This document shows, piece after piece, positions 12,449-24,272 of a stretch of 64,000 bases of DNA. The notes below the pieces were generated by a model, which had not been told where the DNA came from, ran no database searches, and worked only from the letters and a program-made list of their open reading frames with translations. This DNA is from the human T2T-CHM13v2.0 reference genome, Homo sapiens. The position numbers and the translations under genes were made by a program. Location of the stretch: assembly GCF_009914755.1 (NCBI RefSeq), contig NC_060942.1. The stretch is one strand, 5' to 3'. Each line of letters starts with the position of its first letter. Position 1 is the stretch's first letter.

Positions 12449-15400
12449 TTTTTTTATTATTATTTATTGATCATTCTTGGGTGTTTCTTGGAGAGGGGGA
12501 TGTGGCAGGGTCATAGGATAATAGTGGAGAGAAGGTCAGCAGATAAACACGTGAACAAAGGTCTCTGGTTTTCCTAGGCAGAGGTCCCTGCAGCCTTCCA
12601 TAGTGTTTGTGTCCCTGGGTACTTGAGATTAGGGAGTGGTGATGACTCTTAATGAGCATGCTGCCTTCAAGCATCTGTTTAACAAAGCCCATCTTGCACC
12701 GCCCTTAATCCATTTAACCCTGAGTTGACACAGCACATGTTTCAGAGAGCACGGGGTTGGGGGTAAGGTTATAGATTAACAGCATCCCAAGGCAGAAGAA
12801 TTTCTCTTAGTACAGAAGGAAATGGAGTCTCCTATGTCTACTTCTTTCTACACAGACACAGTAACAATCTGATCTCTCTTCCTTTTCCCCACATTTCCCT
12901 CTTTTCTTTTTGACAAAACTGCCATCATCATCATGGTCCGTTCCCGATGGTGGCTGTCTCTTCGAAGCTGTTGGGTACACCTGCAGAAAGGCTGTCACTT
13001 CACACTTGGAAGATTGCACAACGGCCAGGCAGAGGTGCTCCTTACTTCCCAGATGGGGCGGCTGGGCAGAGGCGCTCCTCACTTCCCAGATGGGGCAACC
13101 AGGCAAGAGGTGCTCCTCATTTCCCAGATGGGGCGGCTGGGAAGAGGCACTCCTTACCTACCAGATGAAGGGCAGCCAGGCAGAGGCACTCCTCACATCC
13201 CAGACGATGGGCGGCCGGGCAGAGGCACTCCTCACCTCCCAGACGGGGCGGCTGGGCAGAGGTGCTCCTCACCTCCCAAGGGGGGCAGCCAGGCAGAGGG
13301 GCTCCTCACCTCCCAGACAATGGGCAGCCAGGCAGAGGTGCTCCTCATTTCCCAGACGGGGTGGCCAGGCAGAGGCACTCCTCACCTCCCAGACGTCGCG
13401 GCCAGGCAGAGGTGCTCCCCACTTCCCAGATGGGGCGGCTGGGCAGAGGCGCTCCTCACCTCCCAGATGAGGCGGCCTGGCAGAGGCGCTCCTCACCTCC
13501 CAGATGATGGGCAGCTGGGCAAAGGCGCTCCTCACCTCCCAGACTGGGCGGCCAGGCAGAGGCGCTCCTCGCCTCCCACATGGGGTGGCTGGGCAGAGGC
13601 GCTCCTCACCTCCTAGATGGGGTGGCCGGGCAGAGGCGCTCCTCACCTCCCAGACGGGGAGACCAGGAAGAGGTGCTCCTCACTTCCCAGATGGGGCGGC
13701 CAGGCAGAGGCGCTCCTCACTTCCCAGATGGTGTGTCATCCGTGAAGAGGCGCTTCTCACCTCCCAGATGATTGGCAGCCAGAGAAAGGTGCTCCTCACT
13801 TCCCAGATGGGGCGGCCGAGAAATGCCACTCCCCATTACCAGATGGGGTGGAGGTCAGGCAGAGGCGCTCCTCACCTCCCAGATGGGGCAGCCGGGCAGA
13901 GGCGCTCCTCACCTCCCAGATGGGGAGGCTGGGCAGAGGCGCTCTTCACTTCCCAGAGGGGGTGGCCGGGCAGAGGCGCTCCTCAACTGCCAGACCGGGC
14001 GGCCGGCCAGAGGAACTCCTTACCTCCCAGACAATGGGCGGCTGGGGAGAGGTGCTCCTCACCTCCCAGATGATGGGCAGCCAGGCAGAGGCGCTCCTCA
14101 CTTCCCAGATGGGGCGGCCGGGCAGAGGCGCTCTTCACTTCCCAGATGGCGCGGCCAGGCAGAGGCGCTCCTCAGTTCCCAGATTGTGTGTCGTCCATTC
14201 AGAGGCACTCCTCACCTACCAGATGATGGGCAGCTGGAGGGAGGCACTCCTCACCTCCCAGATGGGGCGACTGGGAAGAGGCGCTCCCCACTTCCCAGAC
14301 AGGGTGGGAGCTGGGCAGAGGCGCTCCTCACAACCCAGACAGGGTGGCCGGGCAGAGGCGCTCCTCACCTCCCAGACAATGGGCAGCCAGGCAGAGGCAC
14401 TCCTCACTTCCCAGATGGGGCGGCTGGGCAGAGGTGCTCCTCACTTCCCAGATGGGGCAGCTGGGCAGAGGCGCTCCTCACTTCCCAGATGGGGCAACCA
14501 GGCAAGAGGTGCTCCTCATTTCCCAGATGGGGCGGCTGGGAAGAGGCACTCCTCACCTACCAGACGAAGGGCAGCCAGGCAGAGGCACTCCTCACATCCC
14601 AGACGATGGGTGGCCGGGCAGAGGCACTCCTCACCTCCCAGACGGGGCGGCTGGGCAGAGGTGCTCCTCACCTCCCAGGGGGGGCAGCCAGGCAGAGGGG
14701 CTCCTCACCTCCCAGACAATGGGCAGCCAGGCAGAGGTGCTCCTCATTTCCAAGACGGGGTGGCCAGGCAGAGGCACTCCTCACCTCCCAGACATCGCGG
14801 CCAGGCAGAGGTGCTCCCCACTTCCCAGATGGGGCAGCTGGGCAGAGGCGCTCCTCACCTCCCAGATGAGGCGGCCTGGCAGAGGCGCTCCTCACCTCCC
14901 AGATGATGGGCAGCTGGGCAAAGGCGCTCCTCACCTCCCAGACTGGGCGGCCAGGCAGAGGTGCTCCTCGCCTCCCACATGGGGTGGCCGGGCAGAGGCG
15001 CTCCTCACCTCCTAGATGGGGTGGCCGGGCAGAGGCGCTCCTCACCTCCCAGACGGGGAGACCAGGAAGAGGCACTCCTCACCTCCCAGATGGGGCGGCC
15101 TGGCAGAGGCGCTCCTCACCTCCCAGATGATGGGCAGCTGGGCAAAGGCGCTCCTCACCTCCCAGACTGGGCGGCCAGGCAGAGGCGCTCCTCGCCTCCC
15201 ACATGGGGTGGCTGGGCAGAGGCGCTCCTCACCTCCTAGATGGGGTGGCCGGGCAGCGGCGCTCCTCACCTCCCAGACGGGGAGACCAGGAAGAGGTGCT
15301 CCTCACTTCCCAGATGGGGCGGCCAGGCAGAGGCGCTCCTCACTTCCCAGATGGTGTGTCATCCGTGAAGAGGCGCTTCTCACCTCCCAGATGATTGGCA

Positions 15401-16847
15401 GCCAGAGAAAGGTGCTCCTCACTTCCCAGATGGGGCGGCCGAGAAATGCCACTCCCCATTCCCAGATGGGGTGGAGGTCAGGCAGAGGCGCTCCTCACCT
15501 CCCAGATGGGGCAGCCGGGCAGAGGCGCTCCTCACCTCCCAGATGGGGAGGCTGGGCAGAGGCGCTCTTCACTTCCCAGAGGGGGTGGCCGGGCAGAGGC
15601 GCTCAACTGCCAGACCGGGCGGCCGGCCAGAGGAACTCCTCACCTCCCAGACAATGGGCGGCTGGGGAGAGGTGCTCCTCACCTCCCAGATGATGGGCAG
15701 CCAGGCAGAGGCGCTCCTCACTTCCCAGATGGGGCGCCGGGCAGAGGCGCTCTTCACTTCCCAGATGGCGCGGCCAGGCAGAGGCGCTCCTCAGTTCCCA
15801 GATTGTGTGTCGTCCATTCAGAGGCACTCCTCACCTACCAGATGATGGGCAGCTGGAGGGAGGCACTCCTCACCTCCCAGATGGGGCGACCGGGAAGAGG
15901 TGCTCCCCACTTCCCAGACAGGGTGGGAGCTGGGCAGAGGCGCTCCTCACAGCCCAGACAGGGTGGCCGGGCAGAGGCGCTCCTCACCTCCCAGACAATG
16001 GGCGGCCAGGCAGAAGCACTCCTCACTTCCCAGATGGGGCGGCTGGGCAGAGGCGCTCCTCACTTCCCAGATGGTGTGTCATCCATGCAGAGGCGCTCCT
16101 CACCTCCCAGATGATGGGCAGCAGGAGAAAGGTGCTCCTCACTTCCCAGATGGGGCAGCTGGGCAAAGGCGCTCCCCACTTCCCAGATGGGGTGGCGGTC
16201 AGGCAGAGGTGCTCCTCACAACCCAGACGGGGCAGCCAGGCAGTGGCGCTCCTCACTTCCCAGACGGGGCTGCCGGGCAGAGGCGCTCCTCACTTCCCAG
16301 AGGGGGTGGCCGGGCAGAGGCGCTCCTCAACTGCCAGACTGGGCAGCCGGCAAGAGGAACTCCTCACCTCCAAGATGATGGGCGGCCGGGCAGAGGCACT
16401 TCTCACCTCCCAGACGGGGCGGCCGGGCAGAGGCGCTCCTCACCTCCCAGACAGGGTGGCCGGGCAGAGGCGCTCCTCACCTCCTAGACGGGGCGGCCGG
16501 GCAGAGGCGCTCCACACTTCCCAGATGGGGTGGTGGCCGGACAGGGGCGCTCCTCACAACCTGGATGGGGCGGCCGGGCAGAGGCACTCCCCACTTCCCA
16601 GACGGGGCAGCCGGGCAGAGTGGCCAGGCAGAGGCACTCCTCACAACCCAGATGGGGCGGCCGGGCAGAGGCGCTCCTCACCTCCCAGATGGGGCAGCCG
16701 GGAAGAGGCACTCCTCACCTCCCAGACATTGGGTGGCCAGGCAGAGGCACTCCTCACCTCCCAGATGGGGTGGCTGGGCAGAGGGGCTCCCCACTTCCCA
16801 GACAAGGTGGCCGGGCAGAGGCGTTACTCACCTCCCAGATGATGGGC
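12449..16847 (-). mobile_element. SVA retrotransposon, SVA_A-like, 5'-truncated (SINE-R ~12449-12990; VNTR ~13021-16847; no Alu-like domain or hexamer)
   Basis: HERV-K LTR-derived SINE-R (tttattgatcattcttgggtgtttct...), env remnant and GC-rich ~37-40-bp VNTR (ggcagaggcgctcctcacctcccaga). Confidence 0.95.
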
Positions 16848-16879
16848 TCAAACAAAGGGCCAAATTACCTATAAAGTAA

Positions 16880-17298
<419 letters not shown>

Positions 17299-18844
17299 TG
17301 AGCTTCATAAAGAAAGGAAAATAAGGTATTTCCAGACAAGAAAATGCTAAGGGAAGTCGTTACCTCCAGACTGACTCTAAAAGAAATGTTTAAAGGAGTT
17401 TGGCTCGTGAAAATAAAAGAATGATACTTGCTACCATAAAAGCATACATGAATACAAAATGTACAGAACCTATAAAGCAATTAAACAATTGAGACTACAA
17501 GGTAACTAGCTAACACTATAAAAGGAAGAAAACCTAACACATCAATATTAAGCTTGATTGTAAATGGCTGAAATGCTCCACTGAATAGACACAAAGTGGC
17601 AAACTGGATAAAAAAAAGAAGACACTTCTGCTGCCTTTGAGAGACCCATCTCATGTGTAATGATACCAACAGGCTCAAAGTAAATGGATGGAAAAATATT
17701 CATCACATAAATGAAAAACAAAAAAGGAGAGGTATTGCTATTCTTGTATCAGATAAAACAGACATTAAACTAACAACAGTAAAAAGAAATACAAAGAATG
17801 ACATTATATAATGATGGAGTGTTCAATTCAACGAGAAGACTTAACTGTCTTAAATATATATGCAGCCAACATTAGAGCACCCAGATTTTTAGAATAAATA
17901 TTACTAGACCTAAGAAAAGAGATACACAGCTGTACAATAATCATGAAGGACTTCAACACCCCACCGACAGCAGTAAGCAGATTAGTTAGGCAGATTATTA
18001 GGCAGAAAACTAACAATGAAACTGTGGACTCAAACTGGGCTCTTGACCAAACAGACCTAATAGATATCTACAGAATACTCCACCCAGAAACCACAGAATG
18101 TACATTTTTCTCATTTGCACATGGAACATTCTCTAAAATTGACCACATGCTCAGTCATAAAATAAGCCTCAATAAATTTTTAAAAATCACAACTATATTA
18201 AGTGTCTTCTCGGACCACTGTGGAATAAAATTAGAAGTCAATATCAAGAACTCTCAGAACCACAGAGGTACATGGAAACTAAACAATCTGCTCCTGAAAG
18301 ACTTTTGTGTAAATAACAGAATTAAGGCGGAAATTTAAAGAAATTCCTGAAACAAATGAAAATAGAAACATAACATACCAAAACGTCTGGGATACAGAAA
18401 AAACAATGTTAAGAGGAGAGTTTATAACACTAAATGCCTACATAAAAAGAGAGAAAGATCTCAAATTAACAAGCTAAAATAGCCAAACACACTAGAAAAG
18501 AACAAACCAAACCCAAAGCTAGTAGAAGGAAATAACAAAGGTTAGAGAATAAGTTAATGAAATTGGGACCAAAAAAATCCATACAAGGAATCAGCAAAAT
18601 TAAAAAGTTGGTTCTTTGCAAGGACACATAAAAATGATAGATTGCTAGTTAGATTATACAAGAAAAAAGAAGATTCCAATAAGCACAATAAAAAATTACA
18701 AATGAGACATTTCAAAGGATACCACTGACATAAAAAAAGATCCTCAGAATATGTTTGTGTGCATAAACTAGAAAACCTAGAGAAAATGGATAAATTCCTG
18801 GAAACACACAACCTTCCAAGACTGAATCAGAAAGAAACCAAAAG

Positions 18845-19840
18845 TCCACTAGGGCAGTGCCAACAGGAAATATGGGATTGAAGCCTCCACACAGTCCCCA
18901 CTGGGGCACTACCTACAGGAGCTGTGGGAATGGGGCTGCCACCTCGAGATCCCTGAATGGTAGAGCCACGGGAAGCTTTCATCCTGAGCCTAGAAATACC
19001 ACAGGCACTCAACTCTGATCCAAGACAGCAGCCATGGTGACTGTACACTGCAAAGCCACAGAGGCAGAGCTGCATAAGGTCTTGGGAACCCACCCCTTGC
19101 ACAAGTGTGCCCTGGATGCGGGACATGAAATCAAGAATTATTTTGGAGCTTGAAGGTTTTATGTTTGCCCTACTGGGTTTCAGATTTGCCTGAGGCCTGT
19201 TGCCCCTTTCTTTTGCCCAACTTCGCCATTTGGGAATTGGAATATTTACCCAACACCTGTACTGCATTGAATATTGGAAGCAAATAACTTGGCTTTGATC
19301 TTATAGGCTCACAGATGGAGGAACGTACCTTGAAGTTCAGATGAGATTTCGGACTTTTGAGTTGATGCTGAAACAGCTTGAGATTTTTGGGGACTACTGA
19401 GAGATGATAATTGTATTGTGCAATATGAGAAGGACATGAGATTTGGTGGGCATAGGTGTGAAATGACATTGTTTGGATGTGTTTACCCTCCAAATCTCTT
19501 GTTGAATGTGATCTTAAACGTTGGTGGGCCTAGTGGAAGGTGTTGAATCATGGGGGTGGACTCTTCATAATTTGCTTAGCTCCATCCCCTTGGTGATGAG
19601 CAAGTCCTTGCTCTGTTGTGTCACATGAGAGCTGGTTGTTTAAAACAGCCTGCCGTGTTCCCCTTCTTGCTATTCATTTCTCTCTTGACACGTGATACAC
19701 TGGCCCTCACTTTGCCTTCCTCTGTGATTGGATGCTTTCTGAGGTCTCACCCAAACCTGAGCAGGTGCTGGTCCCATGCTTCTACTGCCTGCACAACTAT
19801 AAACCAAATAAATATTTTTTCTCTATAAATTTAAAAAAAA
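18845..19840 (+). mobile_element. MaLR (MST-type) internal fragment + LTR ending in an A-tail
   Basis: MaLR-int motifs followed by LTR tgacattgtttggatgtgt... from ~19464; LTR stops after aataaa (~19806) in an A run. Confidence 0.8.
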
Positions 19841-20328
19841 TCTGAATAAACCAGTAGTTAATTATGAAATTGAATTTGTAATAAAAATATTTATCAGGCA
19901 GGAGAAGCCCAGGACTAGATGAATTCACAGCTGAATTTTACCAAGCATACAAAAAAATAGATGGTATCAATCTTACTGCAACCATTCTAAAACATTGAGG
20001 AGAAGGAATTCCTCTCTAACTCATTCTACAAAACCAGTATCATCCTGACACTAAAATCTAGCAAGGAAACAACAACAACAAACTACAGGCCAATATCTGA
20101 TGAACATAGATGCAAATATCCTCAACAAAATGCTAGCAAACCAAATCCATCAGCATATCAAAGATGTAATTCATCATGATTACATGGGTTTTATTCCTGG
20201 GATGCAAGGACTATTTAACATATGCAAATCAATAAATGTGATTTACCATATAAACAGAATTTAAAACAAAAATCATATGATTATCTCAATAGATGCAGAA
20301 AAAAATATTCAATAAAATTCAACATCCT

Positions 20329-20643
20329 TGCCAGGTGCGGTGGCTCAAACCTGTAATCCCAGCACTTTGGAAGGCAGAGGTGGGCCAATCAACAGAGGTC
20401 GGGACCAGCCTGACCAACATGGAGAAACCCCATTTAGAACTAAAAATGCAAAATTAGCTGGGCGTCGTGGTGCATGCCTGTAATCCCAGCTACTCAGGAG
20501 GCTGAGTCAAAAGAATGGCTTGAACCGGGGAGGTGGAGGTGGCAGTTTGCCAAGATCACACCACTGCACTCCAGCCTGGGCAACAGAGCAGGACTCCATC
20601 TCAAAAAACCAAACCAAACCAAACCAAACCAAAACAAAAAAAA
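20329..20643 (+). mobile_element. Alu (S-type) with (AAACC)n tail
   Basis: Alu consensus similarity. Confidence 0.9.
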
Positions 20644-20719
20644 CCCTGAAATCATATCAATTATTTTTTCTGAGCAGAGTGGAAGAGTATTAAAAAATCA
20701 GTAACAGGAGGAATTTTTT

Positions 20720-22014
20720 TCCTGACCGTCTTTGGCTCCCTCTCTCACCACCCTTTTTCTTCCTCCATCTACCCCAAAACTTTTTCCCCACCATTTTTTC
20801 CCCACTGTCTTTTTGCAAAGCCTTCTATACTTTACCGCTCACTTCCATTTTCCCCACCCATCTACCCCAAAACTTTTCCCCAACGTCTTTTCTCCCTCTC
20901 CCTGGCCAGCCTTTTTTCCACCTCCTGCTCTCATCATCCTCTTTTGCTCCTTCAACTCCCCAAAAACATTTCCCTCATCTTTTCCCAAAGCCTTCTCCCC
21001 ACTCCTGCTGCTCGCCACCCTCTCTTTCCCCTTCCATCTACCCAAAAACTGTTTCCCTATCATCTTTTTCTCCCATCCTCCTTGCCACCCTTTCCCTTCT
21101 CCATCTACCAAAAACATTTTCCCGCCGTCTTTTTGCAAAGCCTCTTCTCTCCTCCTGCTCACCACGCTCTTTTAACCCATCTACCTCCCCAATTTTTCCC
21201 TGCCACCTTCTCACAAAGCCTTCCCTGCTTCCCGCTCACCCTCTTCTTTCCTCTGTCCTGCTTGCCACCCTCTTTTTGCCTTCCATCTACCCCGAACTAT
21301 TTTCCCCATCGCCTTTTTCCCAGTCCTCTTTCCCCACTCCCTCTGGCCACACTTTCTATTCTCCTCCCACTTGCCACCCTCTTCTCCCCCTCCATCTACC
21401 CAAACACTTTTTACCCACTGTCTTTTCTTTCTACACTTTCTTTTCTGCCTATCGTCTTTTCGCAAAACCTTTTCACTTTCCTCCTCGCCACCCTCTTTAT
21501 CCTTCTCCCACTGGCCACCCTCTTTTCCCTCTCCATCTACCTAAAAGCTTCTCTCCTCACTGTCTTTTCACAAAACCTTCTCTCCCTCCTGCTTGCCACT
21601 CTCTCTTCCCCCTCCCTCTCTGCACCCTCTTTTCTCCTTCCACTTGTCACCCTTTTCCCCCCTCCATCTACTCAAAATCTTTTTACCTACAGTCTTCTTT
21701 CCCTTTCTTCTCTCCCCACCGTATTTTTGCAAACCTTCTCTCCTTCCTGCTCATCCCCGTTCCCCACTCACGACCCTCTCTTACCCCCTTCCATCTACCC
21801 AAAAACTTTTTCACTACCGTCTTTCTGTGAAACCTTCTGTCCCTCCTGTTCACCACCCTGTTTTTCCCCCTCCATCTACCCCCAATTTTTTTTTTCCCAA
21901 CATCTTTTCCTCACCATCTTTATGCAATGCCTTCTCCAGCTCGCCATCCTTTTTTCCTTTTGGCACTAACCACCCTCTTTACCCTTTCATCTATCCCAAA
22001 ACTATTTTCCCTTT
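20720..22014. repeat. Degenerate pyrimidine-rich tandem repeat (core ccatctacccaaaaac...gtctttttgcaaagccttct...gccaccctc)
   Basis: Recurrent ccatctac motif at irregular ~60-120-bp spacing; extreme C/T strand bias. Confidence 0.85.
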
Positions 22015-22600
22015 CCTACCGCTCCAGCCACACTACAGTCTCTGTCACCACCAACTGCAGGGAGGCCAGCCATGGTGCCACAGGCTACAGCCTCCAGTCT
22101 GTCCTGGTCCTCTAAGCCGGGCTCAGAGCAGCTCGGTGAGCAGATACAGAAGAACCTGGAATAGCCTGACTCTTCTTCAGCACCATTTATGTACTGAGGT
22201 TATGAATATGCCTTTCCTGGACTACATGTTCCAGGATTGGATAAGAGAAAGCCCGGAGGCCTACTCTGATTGGACTTTGTTATCATGTTCTGATTGGATG
22301 AAAGAAAGTCTTAGGACAACCAATCAGAGTATGAAAATAAAGTCCAATCAGAGAAGGCCTAGAGGTTTTCTCTCACCCAATCGGAACATGTAGTCCAGAA
22401 ACCATGTGCGTAACCCCACGTGCATGCTGAGGAGGCCTCATGCCAGTTTAGGCTCTCCAGTATCTCCAGCCAAGCTACTCTGTTCCTGGCTTAGAGGACC
22501 AGGAGAAGGGGGAGCTGGAGGCTGGAGCCTGTAACACTGTGGCTCGTCTCACTCTAGATGGTGGTGGCAACAGAGATGGCAGTGTGGCTGGAGTGTTAGG
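22015..22600. promoter_or_regulatory. ~590-bp imperfect palindrome with 3 ATTGG + 3 CCAAT boxes and paired ACTACA motifs; REP522-like bidirectional promoter
   Basis: Arms match by eye as reverse complements about a centre at ~22308 (e.g. ggactacatgttcc / ggaacatgtagtcc; cctggtcctctaagcc / ggcttagaggaccagg). The REP522 name comes from recall, not a search. Confidence 0.75.
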
Positions 22601-22750
22601 AGGGTGGCCTGAGTGGTAGGAGGGCGGCCTGAGTGGTAGGAGCGGGGCTGGAGCAGTAAGATCATGGCCGGAGTGGTAGGCGGGAGGCTGGAGCAGTAAG
22701 ATGGCAGCCGGGGCGGTAGGAGTGCAGCCTGAGCTGTAGGAGGGTGGCTG
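22591..22750 (+). repeat. 20-bp minisatellite, ~8 copies (gagtggtaggagggcggcct)
   Basis: Exact 20-bp periodicity. Confidence 0.85.
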
Positions 22751-22899
22751 GCAGCTGGAGCTGCTCTTGACCAGCTAGAGGTCTAGGAGAAGGTGGGGAC
22801 CGTGCCCAACGCTGGCAGCTGGAGCCTTGGCCACCATGGCTCGCCTGGTTGCGGTTGGTGGTGGCAACGGAGACTGCATCTCTGTTAGAGTAGTAGAAA

Positions 22900-23650
22900 G
22901 ATGGCAGGGTAGGTGCGCTCTCTGCAGCTGCACTGCCCGCTTGTGGGGTGGTGGTGGGGTGGGTTGGGTGTGCTTTTGGGGCTGCACTGCCTGCCGCAGG
23001 GGGCTAGTGGGTGGCGCTATCGGGCATTGAATTGCTGGCAGTGGGGCAGGTTCACTGCGCTATCAGGGTCTACACTGCCTAAGGTGGCAGGCGGTTGGAG
23101 GCAGGTTGTGTGCGCTGTCGTGCACTACCAGCGGCGGGTGGCAGGGGGTTAGGGGAATTAGCTGCTGCACTGGCCAATGCAGGGGGCAGGTTGGGTTAGT
23201 TACCATGAGCTACAATGTCAGCAACAATGCCAACTGGCAGGCAGTCGGGGGTGCTTTAGGGGAGCTGTCAAATGTTGCATTGTCCGTGGGGGAAAGGGGA
23301 AGGTGGGGTCGGGGGGTTGGTTGGGTGCAGTACCCCGGGCGTTCACTGCCTGTGACAGGAGCAGATTGGGGGCGCTATCTGGGGCTGTGCTGCTTGTGGT
23401 CCGGGTGGGGGGCGGGTTTGATGGGGCACTATTTGGTGCTGCAACACCCGTGGCAGGGATGGGTTGTGGACACTATCGAGTGTCCACCACGGGTGGTTTG
23501 GGGGTGCTATCAGGGTAACACTGCCTGCAGCAGTCTCTGGGTGTGTTGTGGGCACAATCTGGGGGCTAAGCTTGTGGTGAGGGGGGGCAGGTTAGGGGTG
23601 GTATGGGGGGAGGCTGCACTGCTGCTGCCAGCAGCAGGTTGTGGAGGTGG
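22900..23650 (+). repeat. Degenerate G-rich repeat (gctgcactgcc...ggggcaggttggggg...gctatc)
   Basis: Recurring gctgcactg and gcgctatc motifs with many G runs. Confidence 0.6.
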
Positions 23651-24170
23651 CCATGACAGTGGTGGCCTCTGAGGAAGGGGCCCTTCTCCTCTTCCTGGAC
23701 TCAAGGTTCTAGAGGGTGAACAACTTCTGCTCGTGTTGGAGCGCAGAGGGTGCACAGAGTTTTCACGGCAATCCTCTGACCACTGCAGGGCCTTCGCACC
23801 CACCATGGTTACCCGGCCCTTGCCCTCTTGCTCTGTGTTGTGGAGACCATCTGGGAGCCCCAGGCATGGAGTAGTGGGCACCACGGGGGCTCAGGGTCCT
23901 GTGGGTGGAGGAGTCAGGAATGGGAACTGGTACTTGGGTGGGGAGGACTGGCTGGGTCTGAGTTTCTGCTATTCTTGCTCCCCAGGGAGCCCCGGGCACT
24001 GTGGTGTCTCCAGTCCCCACCCCAGGTCAGGAGGCCAGCTTGGTCTAGGAGGAGAGGCTGGACTTTGGAGGGTGGGTGTGAGAGCCTTCGCCAAAACTGG
24101 CCCCAGCCACCCAGTGGCCAGCATGACAAGGTGAGGCTCTAACACTGTCACTTTCTGCATCCTGTTGTAG

Positions 24171-24272
<102 letters not shown>

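Noticed and set aside
13021-16847. Repeat-spacer appearance suggestive of a CRISPR-like array
   Set aside because: The variable parts are short, mutually related and recurrent, the context is primate DNA and there are no cas genes; it is an SVA VNTR.
12910-16879. Many long overlapping ORFs (up to 365 aa) with repeating GRGAPHLPD/AEALLTSQ peptides
   Set aside because: These are translations of the GC-rich SVA VNTR, which has few stops in any frame; not a gene.
20732-22393. ORFs of 147-341 aa rich in Phe/Pro/Ser/Leu
   Set aside because: Artefact of the pyrimidine-rich repeat; several frames are open at once.
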